A stretch of 44,752 bases of DNA from Perkinsus olseni. Its lineage: Eukaryota. The notes under the pieces are model-generated. The model saw only the letters and a program-made list of their open reading frames with translations. It did not search any database and had not been told where the DNA came from. Location: assembly GCA_013115125.1 (NCBI GenBank), contig JABANN010000269.1:1-44752 (forward strand), in the 5' to 3' direction. Of the stretch, positions 1 through 11,300 are shown piece by piece; positions within the stretch are counted from its first letter, which is position 1; each line of letters opens with the position of its first letter. Made by a program: the position numbers and the translations under genes.

Positions 1-36
1 ATTATTGCTGCTATTAATCTGTTATCATTCACTCAC

Positions 37-140
37 CATGGCTTCGGGTTCATCAAACAACACAGGGTCTCCACGGAACTGCAACAGCAGGAAGAATCGA
101 TTGAAATGGCGCGCTCGGGCCGCCTTTCTAGGGTCAACAT
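37..140 (-). CDS. Possible exon of an unidentified minus-strand gene continuing off the left edge
   Basis: Open reading on the minus strand ends at a consensus GTGAGT donor (plus-strand ACTCAC, 31-36). Frame and start are uncertain, and I recognise no motif. Confidence 0.25.
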
Positions 141-235
141 TGATCTTGTTGTCGGTTTGGTCAGTCTCTTCTAGCTTATAACGCGGTGTTGTTGACGTTT
201 TTTTCAGACTTCGTTGTTTTCTGTGTCATCCTGAA

Positions 236-1136
236 ATGTCATCATCCTATTTCGACATAAAGCAGAACTACCCCTTCTATGCAGCTTATCACAGGAATAA
301 GTGGAACAAGGCCATCCATATGGTAATAGAGTCTTCATTTACTGATAATAAGGCTACGACGCTAGAATCCCTTCTGAAAGGGCGTCGTGAAGCGCTACTA
401 GTGGCGCCTTTAAAGGCAATTCTTGAACTGAGGTCCGTATAATATCTAGTAACATACTATATCCGACCTGTAGTACGTAACTACCAATGGCCAAGAGTAA
501 TTTGAGGCTCCTTATGAACACCCATCCGCCCTTTCCTGAGTACCATCATTTTCCCATTTTTCCATCAGGTCTGCGTCCCTCTGATATACTTGACATCCTT
601 ATTCCTAGTAAGGCGATACACCCCAGCATTGTATGGCCCCATCACCTTGGCCACCCTAGTCCATGCATTCTATGTGTTAAGCTTCTGGTATATGGACTGG
701 CCGGCGGCCTTCCTTTACACCCCCATTATGATGGCTATGTAGGCCACTCGGAATCCCTCGTCCCGTAGTATTCTCCGGCTGTTTCAGGTATCTTGTCTCG
801 GCTAATGTGCCGTTGAAGTACACCCCGCAGATGTGGGCTATATTCACTACTGCATGGATACTTCAGTTCATCGGTCATGGCTTCCTCGAGCGTCGTAGAC
901 CAGCGCTCGTCGACAACTTCTTCCAGTCCATCCACGCCGCTGTCTTCTTCGTCTGGCTGCAGGTGAGGCAGGGGTCTGAGTAACCTTGCACTTATCATGG
1001 GTCGTTGGCTTAGGTGATGTTCCGGGCTGGCTACAAGCCTGACTTGGACGATGAGCTCGTACTCCTGACACAGAAGGAATTGGAGAAGGCTGGTTTTCAG
1101 GAGAAGGAGAGCAGTAAAGGGGATAAGAAGGAGTAA
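236..1136 (+). CDS. DUF962 / Mpo1-like membrane protein, 4 exons
   Basis: GT-AG introns at about 323-568, 739-788 and 963-1013 join FYAAYHRNKWNKAIHMVCVPLI ... WILQFIGHGFLERRRPALVDNFFQSIHAAVFFVWLQVMFRAGY to TAA at 1134-1136. YHxNxxNxxIH and QFIGHxxxExRxPAL are the DUF962/Mpo1 signature motifs. Confidence 0.9.
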
Positions 1137-1440
1137 AGGATTTACCCAAACTTGCACATTCATTTTCCAAATTTTGATGAGTTGATGCAGCGTCTCTGAT
1201 CCCGAAATACTTAACGGCACCCGATTTAATTATGAACACTCGTACAGGGTTTGGGTCGTCAATTATGGGTGCTGGGTCTTCCTAGGAAGTGCAGGGCTCC
1301 CGCGACGGCTACAGCTGCAGGTGTGAGCTCTGCGTCCCTATTCAGCGGCAGCTATTCTTCATCAACTTCCCCAGCATCCTCCCTCTATCAGTAGTAGTAT
1401 TCAGTGTATTATAGTGCCACACGACGCTAGGAAAGTGGAA

Positions 1441-2965
1441 AGCTGCTGCCGCCATCAGCAGCATCAGTCATGCCTTCCTCGACGGCGTGCGGTCACGATT
1501 GGCCTAGCCGTCTTAACCGGCGCTCTGGCGTCATGGCTATTACGGGAGGAAGCTCGGTTCTTCGGAGGTGATGCCTCAGGCTGAACTTGAAAGTTATCGT
1601 CGTCATAGGTGCGCTATGGGAGACTCTACTCTCCTACAACGCCAAGGGCGGCGCTCAGCTTGTAGTGCTTCACGCGCCACACGGCCAAGCGGATTCGGAA
1701 AGACGGCCGCCGAAGAGGTTCTCAGAGCCGAGCGCTGTAGTAGGGGGCATCACTCGCTGCGGTGAAGGCTGCGGTGACAGGCGCCACAATCCGGTAGTGA
1801 TTTCAATCTTACTGTCACTTGGAACCGCTTCAATCGGACTGCCATTCCGAAAGCCAGAGAGAAGTTCCTGGATGCCCGGGCGGTGACCTACGTCACAGCT
1901 TGCTTTATGGAGGACGTGGATAGAGAGGATGCCCTTGACCAAGACGGGACCAACCAGAATAATGACGATAGGGATGCGGTCATCAGGAATAGGAAGGAGA
2001 GAATTGATCGCTTTAAAGTGACGATTGGGAGCGGGCAGATCTTTCTTGGCGAAGCAGTCGTCGCCCGCCTGGAAGTACCGAATTCTCGTGGCCACTTCAG
2101 GCCCAGTTATCGATGGCGTTGTGTTCGCTGCTTGCCACAACTAACCCCTCGAGAGTTCTCGTCATCGCCAACAAGTTTTGTACTGACGATGATAATTTTA
2201 TGAAGATGCTGGCCGGTAACGGCGTAGCGGTAGTAGACGTGGGCGTCGGGTACCGCCACTGGCCGCCTGTCCTGAAGGGGGAATACCCCCGCTTGACCTG
2301 TTGCCTTTTCACATTCAACAAGCTCTTGATTTGGAGGCTCGGGGAGATCCTTCCCGAGGGCGAGGATACACCGATCGTGTGGTACGACAGTGATATCCTG
2401 TGGAAGAAAAACGCTACGGTTGGGTTAATCGAGAAGTACCGAGATGCGTACGACGGCAATGGCGTTGTTGCGGCCCAGTGGCCTGCTGAGTTCATGAAAG
2501 GAGATGTTGTCCTCAACAGCGGTGTGATGCTCCTACGGCCGAGCACAGAGGTTTTCCTGAGGCTGGAGACCTCCTGGGCTCACGGCGAGTATAAATTGGT
2601 GAACGCCGAAAAGACGGCTACAGGCGATCAGGAGGTGATGACCACCGGCTGCTTTGCTATATGGCGGTGGGCCTTCAGGTTATCAGTAGTCTTTGTGGGT
2701 CTGATGGGGGTGGCTGCGGTGGGCCATGGATCAGGCTGGACGTTTGTGACAACTACAGGAGGTAGGCAGTAACAGTGAAGGGATGGGGAGTCTCTTGTCA
2801 AGGTACGAGTTCCAAAAACACTGTAATGAGAGTGAGGTGCTTCTGTGGCACCCCAACCCAAGGTGGCGCAGGAAGGTGGTTGACTTCAAGAGCTCGAGGT
2901 TCGTAGAGAGCATGGAACGTGGTCGGTGTCGACCCAAACGCAAGAAGAAGAAAAAGACGAGATAA
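1441..2965 (+). CDS. Glycosyltransferase family 8 (GT-A fold), type II membrane protein; 5' end uncertain
   Basis: The spliced model has an N-terminal anchor (RRRAVTIGLAVLTGALASWLL), then TYVTACF, NKLLIWRL, a DxD motif (IVWYDSD), LNSGVMLLRPS, GDQ and a final exon LWHPNPRW ending at 2965. Introns include about 1568-1608, 1737-1780, 2018-2100, 2634-2678 and 2762-2802. I did not find the start codon. Confidence 0.8.
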
Positions 2966-3045
2966 TTTCTGTTGTCTCTGACCTCGTTGGGCTGTTGAGT
3001 TTTACAAGAGTGCGAGGGGTCCTAAGTTGAGAGAAACTCTGTGCT

Positions 3046-3904
3046 ATGAAAACCGCCACCTTCGTCGCTCTGCCCGCCCTAGCTCACGCGTCTTTCGAGG
3101 AGGCCGAGGGCGCTGAGGGTTGGGTCAAGGACCATAACTACTTCCGCTGCTTGCATGGCGCTGAGGCTGTCGAGTGGAGCACAGAGTTGGAAATTAGCGC
3201 TCAGGCATGGGCCGACCATCTGGCCGCCGAAGGAGGGACGTTGGAGCACTCAGGTGGTGAACACTAGGGATCCCTTCCAATAGGTATCATCTGTTCTTGC
3301 GCAAGGTTCCTATTCATCAGCACCCTACGCTGGGGAGAACCTCGCTATGGGTTATGGCTCGGCCCCTGCTGTCTGCAACGGTACCGACAGAAACTACAAT
3401 CAACACTGCACTGTATGGAATTGGTATAACGAATATAATCAGTTTATGAAGGGACACTGTGATACCTGGAAGGACGTATCGGGCATCGGCCACTTCACTG
3501 CCATGGTCTGGAAGGGCGCCAATAGAATCGGATGTGCTCAGTCGGGCGACTACTACGTCTGCCAGTACGGGCACACCAACTGCATGGCTGAGGACCCCAA
3601 TGGAAGCAACTACGGAGGCCGTGACTGCTTCGAGGGTGTCCCTTCCAAGCTCGCCAATTTTAACATCGGCCTGTGCCCCGAGGATGGAACCTGTGTCGGC
3701 TGCCGTGATGATCTGCTGGAGAACGACGCTCAAGCTCGGCTGGAGCAGTGCGGTGCTGGACCGGTCGAGGAGACTGTGTGGGAGCGACAACAGCAGCCGC
3801 AGCAGCAGCAAGTGCCGTCTGCTGCCAACACACTTAGTGTCCTCATGATCATGTATGTCCTCGTTTTCATGCAGGTTCTCCCCAACCATCCCTTTGCTAT
3901 ATAA
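3046..3904 (+). CDS. Secreted CAP/SCP/PR-1 domain protein with Cys-rich region and hydrophobic C-terminus (possible GPI anchor)
   Basis: Signal peptide MKTATFVALPALAHA, then HNYFRCLHG, LEHS, one short intron (about 3256-3306), GENLAMG, WYNE, GHFTAMVWKGANRIGCA and YYVCQY. It ends in hydrophobic LSVLMIMYVLVFMQVL. Confidence 0.9.
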
Positions 3905-4359
3905 CTCTTCGTTCGTCTCCCCGTATCAGTTTACTACTGTTTATCAGGTCAACTGAGATCAACACCCCTTTTATTCTAATAACCATGCCTTATACTCTTT
4001 ATGACTGTTCAGAATGGCGACCCCGCCCCAGGTGGTGGATTCATACTCGAGTTGCGTGACAGTGCCGCAACAGAAACAGTCTAGTGAAGTTCTGCCCGTT
4101 GTATGGACACCTTCCCCGTGTTTTCACCCGTCCGTCACAGAAAAACAATTCTCGCGCGAGTCGCCTCGTCTTATTCCACCGGGCCTGCCCGTTAGTTCAA
4201 CACACCATATGTACTGAGCTAACAGATGCTACTACTTCGACGGCACAACCGAGTAGCCAAGCAGAAACCAAGATGAAAAAAGGCACATCTCCGAAACATG
4301 AATTCGCAGCCATTTGTTCAGCAAGTGTACGTTGTGAAGGACTCCCGGCTGTCGGGCCG

Positions 4360-6858
4360 TCAGCTGGAAATCTGAGAACACCACGAGAACGATGACTGCG
4401 TCGGGGGCCGGGGCATTACCGCAGTGACGCTCCCTTGAAGGACGAGGTCAATACTGAATGGCGCTGCATGCACCTGAATCGACATGACCCCAGAAAGCTG
4501 CGCATCTGCCTCACTTCCTCTTGAACCGCAAGCTCGTCTTGAAGGCCCTTCAGCGCTTGCAGGACCTCCTTCATCAGACCAGAGCTCGACTCCTCAACGG
4601 CAGAGGTCCTGATCGAGAACACACTAGCCGAGTAGACGAAGATGTGGTACTTACACTACAGCCTGTGGGTCCAGTTCGGCAGCCTCCAACACGACCCTGG
4701 ACGGGTCGGTGGGAATAATGGCCAGCAGTGCCGTGTGGAGACTCGCTCTGACGAGAAGCCGTCGAAGATGGGTAGCACTTCCTTCCTCACTTCGTCCGAG
4801 ACTTCATCTCCGTGCCGTTTTCTCTGTGCCGCTGAAGTATCAGTTTCACTATCTTCACCGCAGTCGATTGGAAATGATGTTCAACCTCCTCGGGGAATGC
4901 CGACGTGCAGTTGTAGCAAGCAGAGAGCGCTGCCACCAGCCGCGCCTATCATTGAGAAGAGAGCTGCAAGTGCCACCCGCAAGGAGGCCCACATCAGTTT
5001 GGTCCTGAAGCGTGTCGAGGTGATCCATACACCGTCGTACTGCACTGTGGAGGTGCCAGGCCACCACTGGGTCGTACAGCCCGAGCCTGTTTAAACTGAG
5101 AGCAACGTGAGATTAGAAGATCGTGAAGGGAGTCATGGCGTCCGGACCTATGCGACAGCAGACTTGCGAGATCTAGGTTTATCTCGAGCATGTTTGACGA
5201 GAAACAGCGTCGGCAGGTGGCCATGAGGTTGTGTAGAGTAGAAGGTTGGACGAACCCCAGCTTGGAGAGGGCTCGAAGGCAGAAGGACACGTGCCTGCAT
5301 AATGCACCGGTACAGGCATACGTGTTTAACGCCACGGTCTCACTGGGAACAGTAGACGGAACACTTGTAAATGGGATCACCTCTGAGGCGTCCCATAGTG
5401 CTACTGTAGTCCGATTTCGTGGCTAGATACCGCGACGTGAAATCAAAAAAATCACAAACTCATCATTCGCAAGCGTCATCTCTGGATATCATCCACTGAT
5501 GAACAAGTTGCAAGCCCGGATTCAACACGAAGTCATCGATCGGCTTTAGCTCGGTCGCGCCATGCCATCAGCCACCCCGTCCCCCATGCAGCTCACTGTA
5601 AGTCGAGTAGCGTTCGAGTGGCGTCGGGATCATCAGTTCCCTCGGGCTCCAGTAATTGGTTCAACTTCATAGCCTGAGGAGACAGGGACTGCTGCTGCGG
5701 TAGGAGGATCAAGGGTAGACCTCACCGCTGCCAGCAAGACACGATCATCCCGGGCCCTCAGAGCCGCCATGGAGTCCATGATGGCACCACACGCTTGAAC
5801 GGTCACATCTGAGGGAGCATCACCAGGCCCGGAGAGATGACCGAGGGCCTTACCGGCAGTCGGAAGGAGGGTTACGATTCTAGCGAATATGCAGTGGAAA
5901 AGGCGGACCTGAGATTGTTAGTGGCGGGCCAGGATGATAGAACCCCTACATGGAACTCCCCACAGCGAGCGCAGCTACGCAGCAGCGAGATGCACTGAGG
6001 CAAAGTGAAGTTGTCCGCGGAGAGCTGCAGCACCTGCAGTTGTGGACGATGGGCGAGGGTGAGATGGAAGGGTCTTACCTCGCTTGCTGTGAGAAACAGT
6101 TCATGATCAGGCACCTTGGCGTGGCCGAAGAGGTCCAGAATGGCGACTATGGCGCCTGAATGAGAGGAAAACTAGAAGCACTCCGAAGGTGCAAAAATAC
6201 CCAAGTCCAGCTCGGCCATCTTTGACAGCCACAAGTGCCGCAATTTATACAAAGTCTCGACTTCGACAACCCCAACTCTGGAGAGCACAAAGACCATAGT
6301 ATGGAGGTCTTGGACGGCAACATCCTCCGGCGACAGCGTCGACGCCGCGTCCACTGTAGCGGCGAGGAGTTCTGTGTTGACGAAGCCTCGCTGGAGGCCG
6401 TTCTTCTGAGCCTGGAGCACGTCCGATAGACCCTCTGCCGTCCTGAACAGCAACCTCATGAAAAAATCGTGAGTGGTGCCCGGCGAGTACTGTGGCTCGG
6501 GTACGATAGTCGAGGCTGCGGCGAGATGATTCAGCATCGGAGCCCAAACATCTGCTTCTGTGACGTCTGCAGTATAAAGAGCGGCAGTGATGGTACTAAG
6601 AGCCTTCCCAGTGCCAATGGTTGGACCTGAAGGAGTGCCTGTCTCCTCAGAACTACAGTAAGACTGCCGACCTTCGTGCGCTGCTGCTGCTGCTGTCTCT
6701 TCCTCCTCTCGCAGGTCTACCTCCTCACCTCTCAATACACCACATATTTTACGAGTAACCTCTTGTAGCCGTTCAACGTCAGCGGCTCCCAACCGACTCA
6801 GATACCGACCCAACACGCTCAGCTGCTGCGGCACTGGTGAGGTCGTTAATGCCGACAT
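4360..6858 (-). CDS. Helical-repeat (HPR/FASTK-like) protein with a partial C-terminal RAP-like segment; probable organellar RNA-binding protein
   Basis: Spliced exons carry repeated helical motifs (DLHTMVFVLSRVG, FTLPQCISLLRSCARCG, ACGAIMDSMAALRARDDRVL, HVSFCLRALSKLG). They end in SGLMKEVLQALKGLQDELAVQEE|VHAAPFSIDLVL, which resembles the start of a RAP domain. Stop at 4360-4362. Confidence 0.6.
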
Positions 6859-6991
6859 TCAAAAACACATAAGGTTCAAGTGGTTCATCCGAGGAGAACA
6901 ACGCAACAATCGGGAAGTAAGACTGATGATGAAAGTGAGCTCAAAGAGCAAGCATTTCTTGGTGATATAGTATAATATTCCAAAAAGATTA

Positions 6992-8113
6992 TCAGTCCTC
7001 GACCGGAAGAAGCTCCTCCTGATGCCTCTCATGGTCGTCTTCCGAGTCCCCATCATAATAGTGTATGAAAAGCTGCGTCAGGTAGGTATGATTGACTCGC
7101 CACTCCGTGACGTAGATCTGGTTAGCGGTGTCGTTAACGAGGACCGAACAAATGCTGCGAGCCTCCGGTAACTCGATCGAGCACAGCTCAGTGTTGGCCG
7201 CGAGGTCCACAATTCTCACGAAACAAGATCGACAACAACCGACAACAGCCAGGTCTGCCGTGGGGTGGTCTAGGAAGCGGCACCGGGAGGCGAAGGGGAC
7301 ATCGATGGACCGGGGCGGTTCCTCCCCTTCCCGTCTCCACTGGATGCTGGTATTGCTGTCGTTGCTGCAGCTGAGTGTCTCAACTCGTCCATGCCGTTCG
7401 CGAACGTCGAAAGAACTGATGTTCCAATCCTTGTCAAAATCGAAGACCTTCTCGCAGTCACCACCCTGCTCGGGAACCCTCAGGAGCTGCTGTTCGACAT
7501 GCTCGTAGAGGTAGAGGTAGCCGTCACAGTACTGGATGTAGTCCAACTGGTGGCTCGGGACCGCCTCCTCCATGTTGGTCGAGAGCTCCACCGGAGCCCC
7601 TTGCTGACCTTCGGGATCAAGATGGAAAATACGGTTCTTGCTGAGGAAGAAGACGCAGCCCTTGGCGTCGGTGGTGATGTCCTCGAGATCCACGTCAGTC
7701 TTCGTGTAGAACGGCGTGATGTGCAGAGGTGTCTTGCGGCAGTCTATGGTCGCTATTTCGCTCTGGCCTTCACCATCGCTACCGGCAATACGATGCAGCA
7801 TGACGAGCCTATCATCACCCGGCAGCATGCCACCAAGAATGGTCAAACCAGTCTCGACACGCTGGGCGACAGTCAGGCCACGGGGCCGCCGGTAACCGAG
7901 GAACCTCCACACTCGCCGCTTCAACTCATCCATCGCCATCTGTTGTCTATCGATCCAGACTCGATCAATCGAGGCAAGATCCAGGAAGATAGCTAGATTG
8001 GGTGCCAAGGGGTTTTGGTAGGGAGTAGCCGAAGGCAGGACGTCTGATGGCACAAGTAGGTCTGACTGAGGCCCGCCACAGGACACCTCAGGACTTGACG
8101 ACGATGCTCCCAT
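6992..8113 (-). CDS. Single-exon 373-aa hypothetical protein, likely beta-propeller, with N-myristoylation-type start
   Basis: Uninterrupted ORF starting MGASSSS (MGxxxS), with repeated beta-strand blades (EDITTDAKGCVFFLSKNRIFHLD, YCDGYLYLYE, SVLVNDTANQIYVTEW). Confidence 0.75.
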   Translation of the reverse strand: MGASSSSPEVSCGGPQSDLLVPSDVLPSATPYQNPLAPNLAIFLDLASIDRVWIDRQQMAMDELKRRVWRFLGYRRPRGLTVAQRVETGLTILGGMLPGDDRLVMLHRIAGSDGEGQSEIATIDCRKTPLHITPFYTKTDVDLEDITTDAKGCVFFLSKNRIFHLDPEGQQGAPVELSTNMEEAVPSHQLDYIQYCDGYLYLYEHVEQQLLRVPEQGGDCEKVFDFDKDWNISSFDVRERHGRVETLSCSNDSNTSIQWRREGEEPPRSIDVPFASRCRFLDHPTADLAVVGCCRSCFVRIVDLAANTELCSIELPEARSICSVLVNDTANQIYVTEWRVNHTYLTQLFIHYYDGDSEDDHERHQEELLPVED

Positions 8114-8387
8114 AGTAAACTGCTAAAAGAATTACTACCACTGCGACCAGCAGTACAGCGATGTTGGGCAAAGGGACACAACAGAGGGAGCGTAGCGGAA
8201 ATCTGGAAGGCGCTTATTCAAGAGACTCGACCAACCTTCGCGTTAAATACAAAATTACGGTCAACTTTTCGCTATGATAATATAATGATGATTATTATTA
8301 TTATGAAATCAACCAGAAGACAAGCAGCAGGATGGGTGTAAGAGTACAGTAATGAGATGTCGGCAAGGGTAGCAGGAAGATAGCGAA

Positions 8388-11300
8388 TTAGAATCCTCGG
8401 TCGGCATTGAGAAAGGATGGAGGCGAGAGGAACGAGTAGACGTTGGAGCCGGGACTTCGACGAACCTGATGAGCACGTGCGAAGGCAGAGGGGCTGGCGG
8501 TGATACCAAGCTGCGGCTCCGAAGACGGGCTGGGAGTTCAGAACGAATGATGTCGGTGATATCGCCAACTATTTGCATGTTCAAGTTGAAGTAGCTGTGT
8601 CGAAGAGAATGTACCTGCAGATGATGGAAATGAGGAAATGAATCAGACTCGAGAGATCTGGAAGGACTTACGTTCTGGTCCATATCAGTGCAGTCAATGA
8701 CGTCTATCCTCTCACAAAGAGGACCACGCTTTCTACCCAGCCGGCTGGTAGCAGCAGTGATGCCTGATGAGCATAACAATGATGATGGCAGTGACGAGGA
8801 TAATTGCCACTACTCGCGGAGGGTTGACAGGACCCACCAGGGTCTTCACTTATCAGCCTGCTCGTCTCACCGCAGGGAGGTGACGGCATCTGACGCCGCT
8901 ATATCAACCAGCGACTCATGTGGGAGCTTACTCTAACATCGTCAGTGTGCCGGCCCAAAGCCTTGGCTCGGTTGAAATTCTCCGCCCAGAAAAGGGCACC
9001 ATCGTTGCGGTCTGCATAGACGGTAGTCCGGGCGACGTATCTGTTGCGAGGACCTTCCCTTTTGAGGCGAGCAGAGACCGTCCTTACTTCTCCAGAAGGG
9101 GCACATCACGGGTCTTGAACTCCTCAAGGTCATAGTCAGGATTCATAAGGCAGACATTGCGAACGTTGATGAGTCGACGCTCGCCGCCCTCGACGCCTGC
9201 CAAATCCTCATCGCTCTCTTCCATGTCCAGCGGCCGAGGGGCGTCAATGAGAGGCTCCAACGGTATCACGGGAGAGGACGAACGACGGAAGGTCTGAAGG
9301 GGAGGGTCAGAGGAGTTTGAGGGGAATTGTGACACACCTCGTCGAGGTAGCCATCCGTAATCAAATCGTGGAAGGCGCTGAACCAGAGCCTTGCCCCCAT
9401 CGAGTGCGTTAGTATCTGCCACGACAACGAGGAGTCTCTGGTGCTGTTGTTGCTTTTGACGGCTGTTGGCTTCCCACATGGATTCTAGTGACACCACACT
9501 CTCCTAGCCGTCGTATAAGTCTAGCACAGTCGCCGCCGAAGAGCGGTACCTAGCGAGGCTAACGCTGTGGTGACGACTTGATGTGAAGAGAGCCTACCGC
9601 GTCCTTAGCCTGGAAGTACATCAGAGCTTGTCCTGTCGACTGGGAGAACACGATCGGTAGGATGTTTCTGAAGGAAACGGCGATACTGGCGGGTACCCCC
9701 CCCGTTGACATCCTCGCCTCTGGAAGGCGTCGGGCTTACCCAGGGACCCTGCCGAGGGCAAGGAGCTGTCCTAATTTACACATAGCAAACTCGGTACTGC
9801 AGTTGTACCCGTGCATGAAGATCAACGCTTCACCACGGTCTTCGGTTAATTGAGCCCTGATATAAAAATGGTGGGTGGTGAGATTGAACCCGGGTCGTTA
9901 GCTTACGGGATCTTCAAGTAATCCTCCTTGCGTAAATAAATCCTGTTACCGAGAGCATGATATTCAATGAAGCCTTTAGCGCAAGTCTCACTGTCACTGT
10001 TGGTAACTCGAGGGTCTTGGGTGAGCACCTCCAGCTCATCATCGTTAACTGAGTCACGAAAACTGGATCAAGCAGCGATCCCCATGGCCGGAGGTGATTC
10101 AACAATAATAAGAGGAAACTGACGCTGACAGACGGGCACGATCTATGGTAGTATTCAATTCAACGAGATGGGAGAGTTAGCGCGTGGAAGGGGGTCACGG
10201 CCAGGACCCTGACGGGAACGAGTTAACAGTACAGTATACAGTGTCCTCGCGTTCTCTCGTACTAGTACGGAGAATAATAGTAAGGATGACCTTATCGTAG
10301 ACGACGAGCCCGAGAGCGTTACCTATGGTGAAGTCCAGATCCAGATTCATCTCATCTTGAGCCTGTGCCGCGTACTGTCGATGGGCAGTGCTACTGACAT
10401 CGTCATCATCCACACTGAGCTGATCTGAAGAAGCGGAGAACATAACAAAACCGCTTAGCGAGGAAGTGAATTCAATATTCACGGAGGACAGTAGGCGATT
10501 GGGCGAGCGAGGTACAGAAGATGAATTGGCAAAGTTATGGTATGCTAGGATGCACGACTCGCTCCACCTACCGTCATCAGAGGCCATGATCTTTGCAGGG
10601 GCTCTCGACGCGCGAACTTCCGCGATGGCCTGAAATCACAAGCAAGCGTCCGAATGAACTGTGGGTCACGGTAGACCTACGCCTGAGAGGCTCTCGAAGA
10701 GTATATGCTCGCCCGTAGTTGGAAGATGCTCGAAGAAACCGCCGCCCGTGGAGGCCTCGACACCACACACCCCATACCTATGAAAAGACGCTCCACAGTG
10801 ACGCTCCGGTACTGACCACTAGACACACGACGAATACCACCAGCCAGTTCCCACTGCGTCCGAGATGCTCATGAGAGCATCAGACCTCCCAAAGGGAGTT
10901 CTGGCAGCATAGTACACTCAAGCTTGGTGCTCCCTCCAGGGCGTGGTGAGAGGAAGGAGAAAGTGGGTATTACCTCAAGCCTTGATGGGATCGGATGGGT
11001 ATACAGTATTTCTGATCCAGGCCCTCCATGCGTGATGTACAGTAGGCGATGTGCTGGGAGGAGAACGTGGCACCGCTACCTACAGCATGGTTAGAATCAA
11101 CTATGGTGATGTTATCTCCACGAATGCGGTCCCCTCCAAACTCCCCTCTCTCGAAACGACAAGTCAGGAGTCGTCGCGACTAGGCACCGCTGCTGGCGCA
11201 CTCCGAAGGCTCACCTCGCTCCCGAGACGTGAAGGGCCCGACTGGCAGGCCGTGGCGCCATCGACCAAACAGACACTCTCCATGATAAGAATCATCAGAC

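Noticed and set aside
1970-2100. Apparent frameshift or non-canonical junction in the GT8 gene
   Set aside because: A normal phase-0 GT-AG intron (2018-2100) joins RIDRFK to AQLSMALCSL.
2940-2965. KKTR* as a KKxx ER-retrieval signal on the GT8 protein
   Set aside because: With an N-terminal type II anchor the C-terminus would be luminal, where KKxx does not function.
4521-5426. Plus-strand ORFs 4521-4718, 4642-5094, 4709-5008 and 5190-5426
   Set aside because: They are antisense to the spliced helical-repeat/RAP gene and carry no recognisable motifs.
9868-9900. tRNA-like 3' end on the minus strand (GACCCGGGTTCAATCTCACCACCCACCA)
   Set aside because: The T-stem does not pair, there is no D-arm or anticodon arm, and it lies inside a ~50-nt intron of the DUF900 gene.
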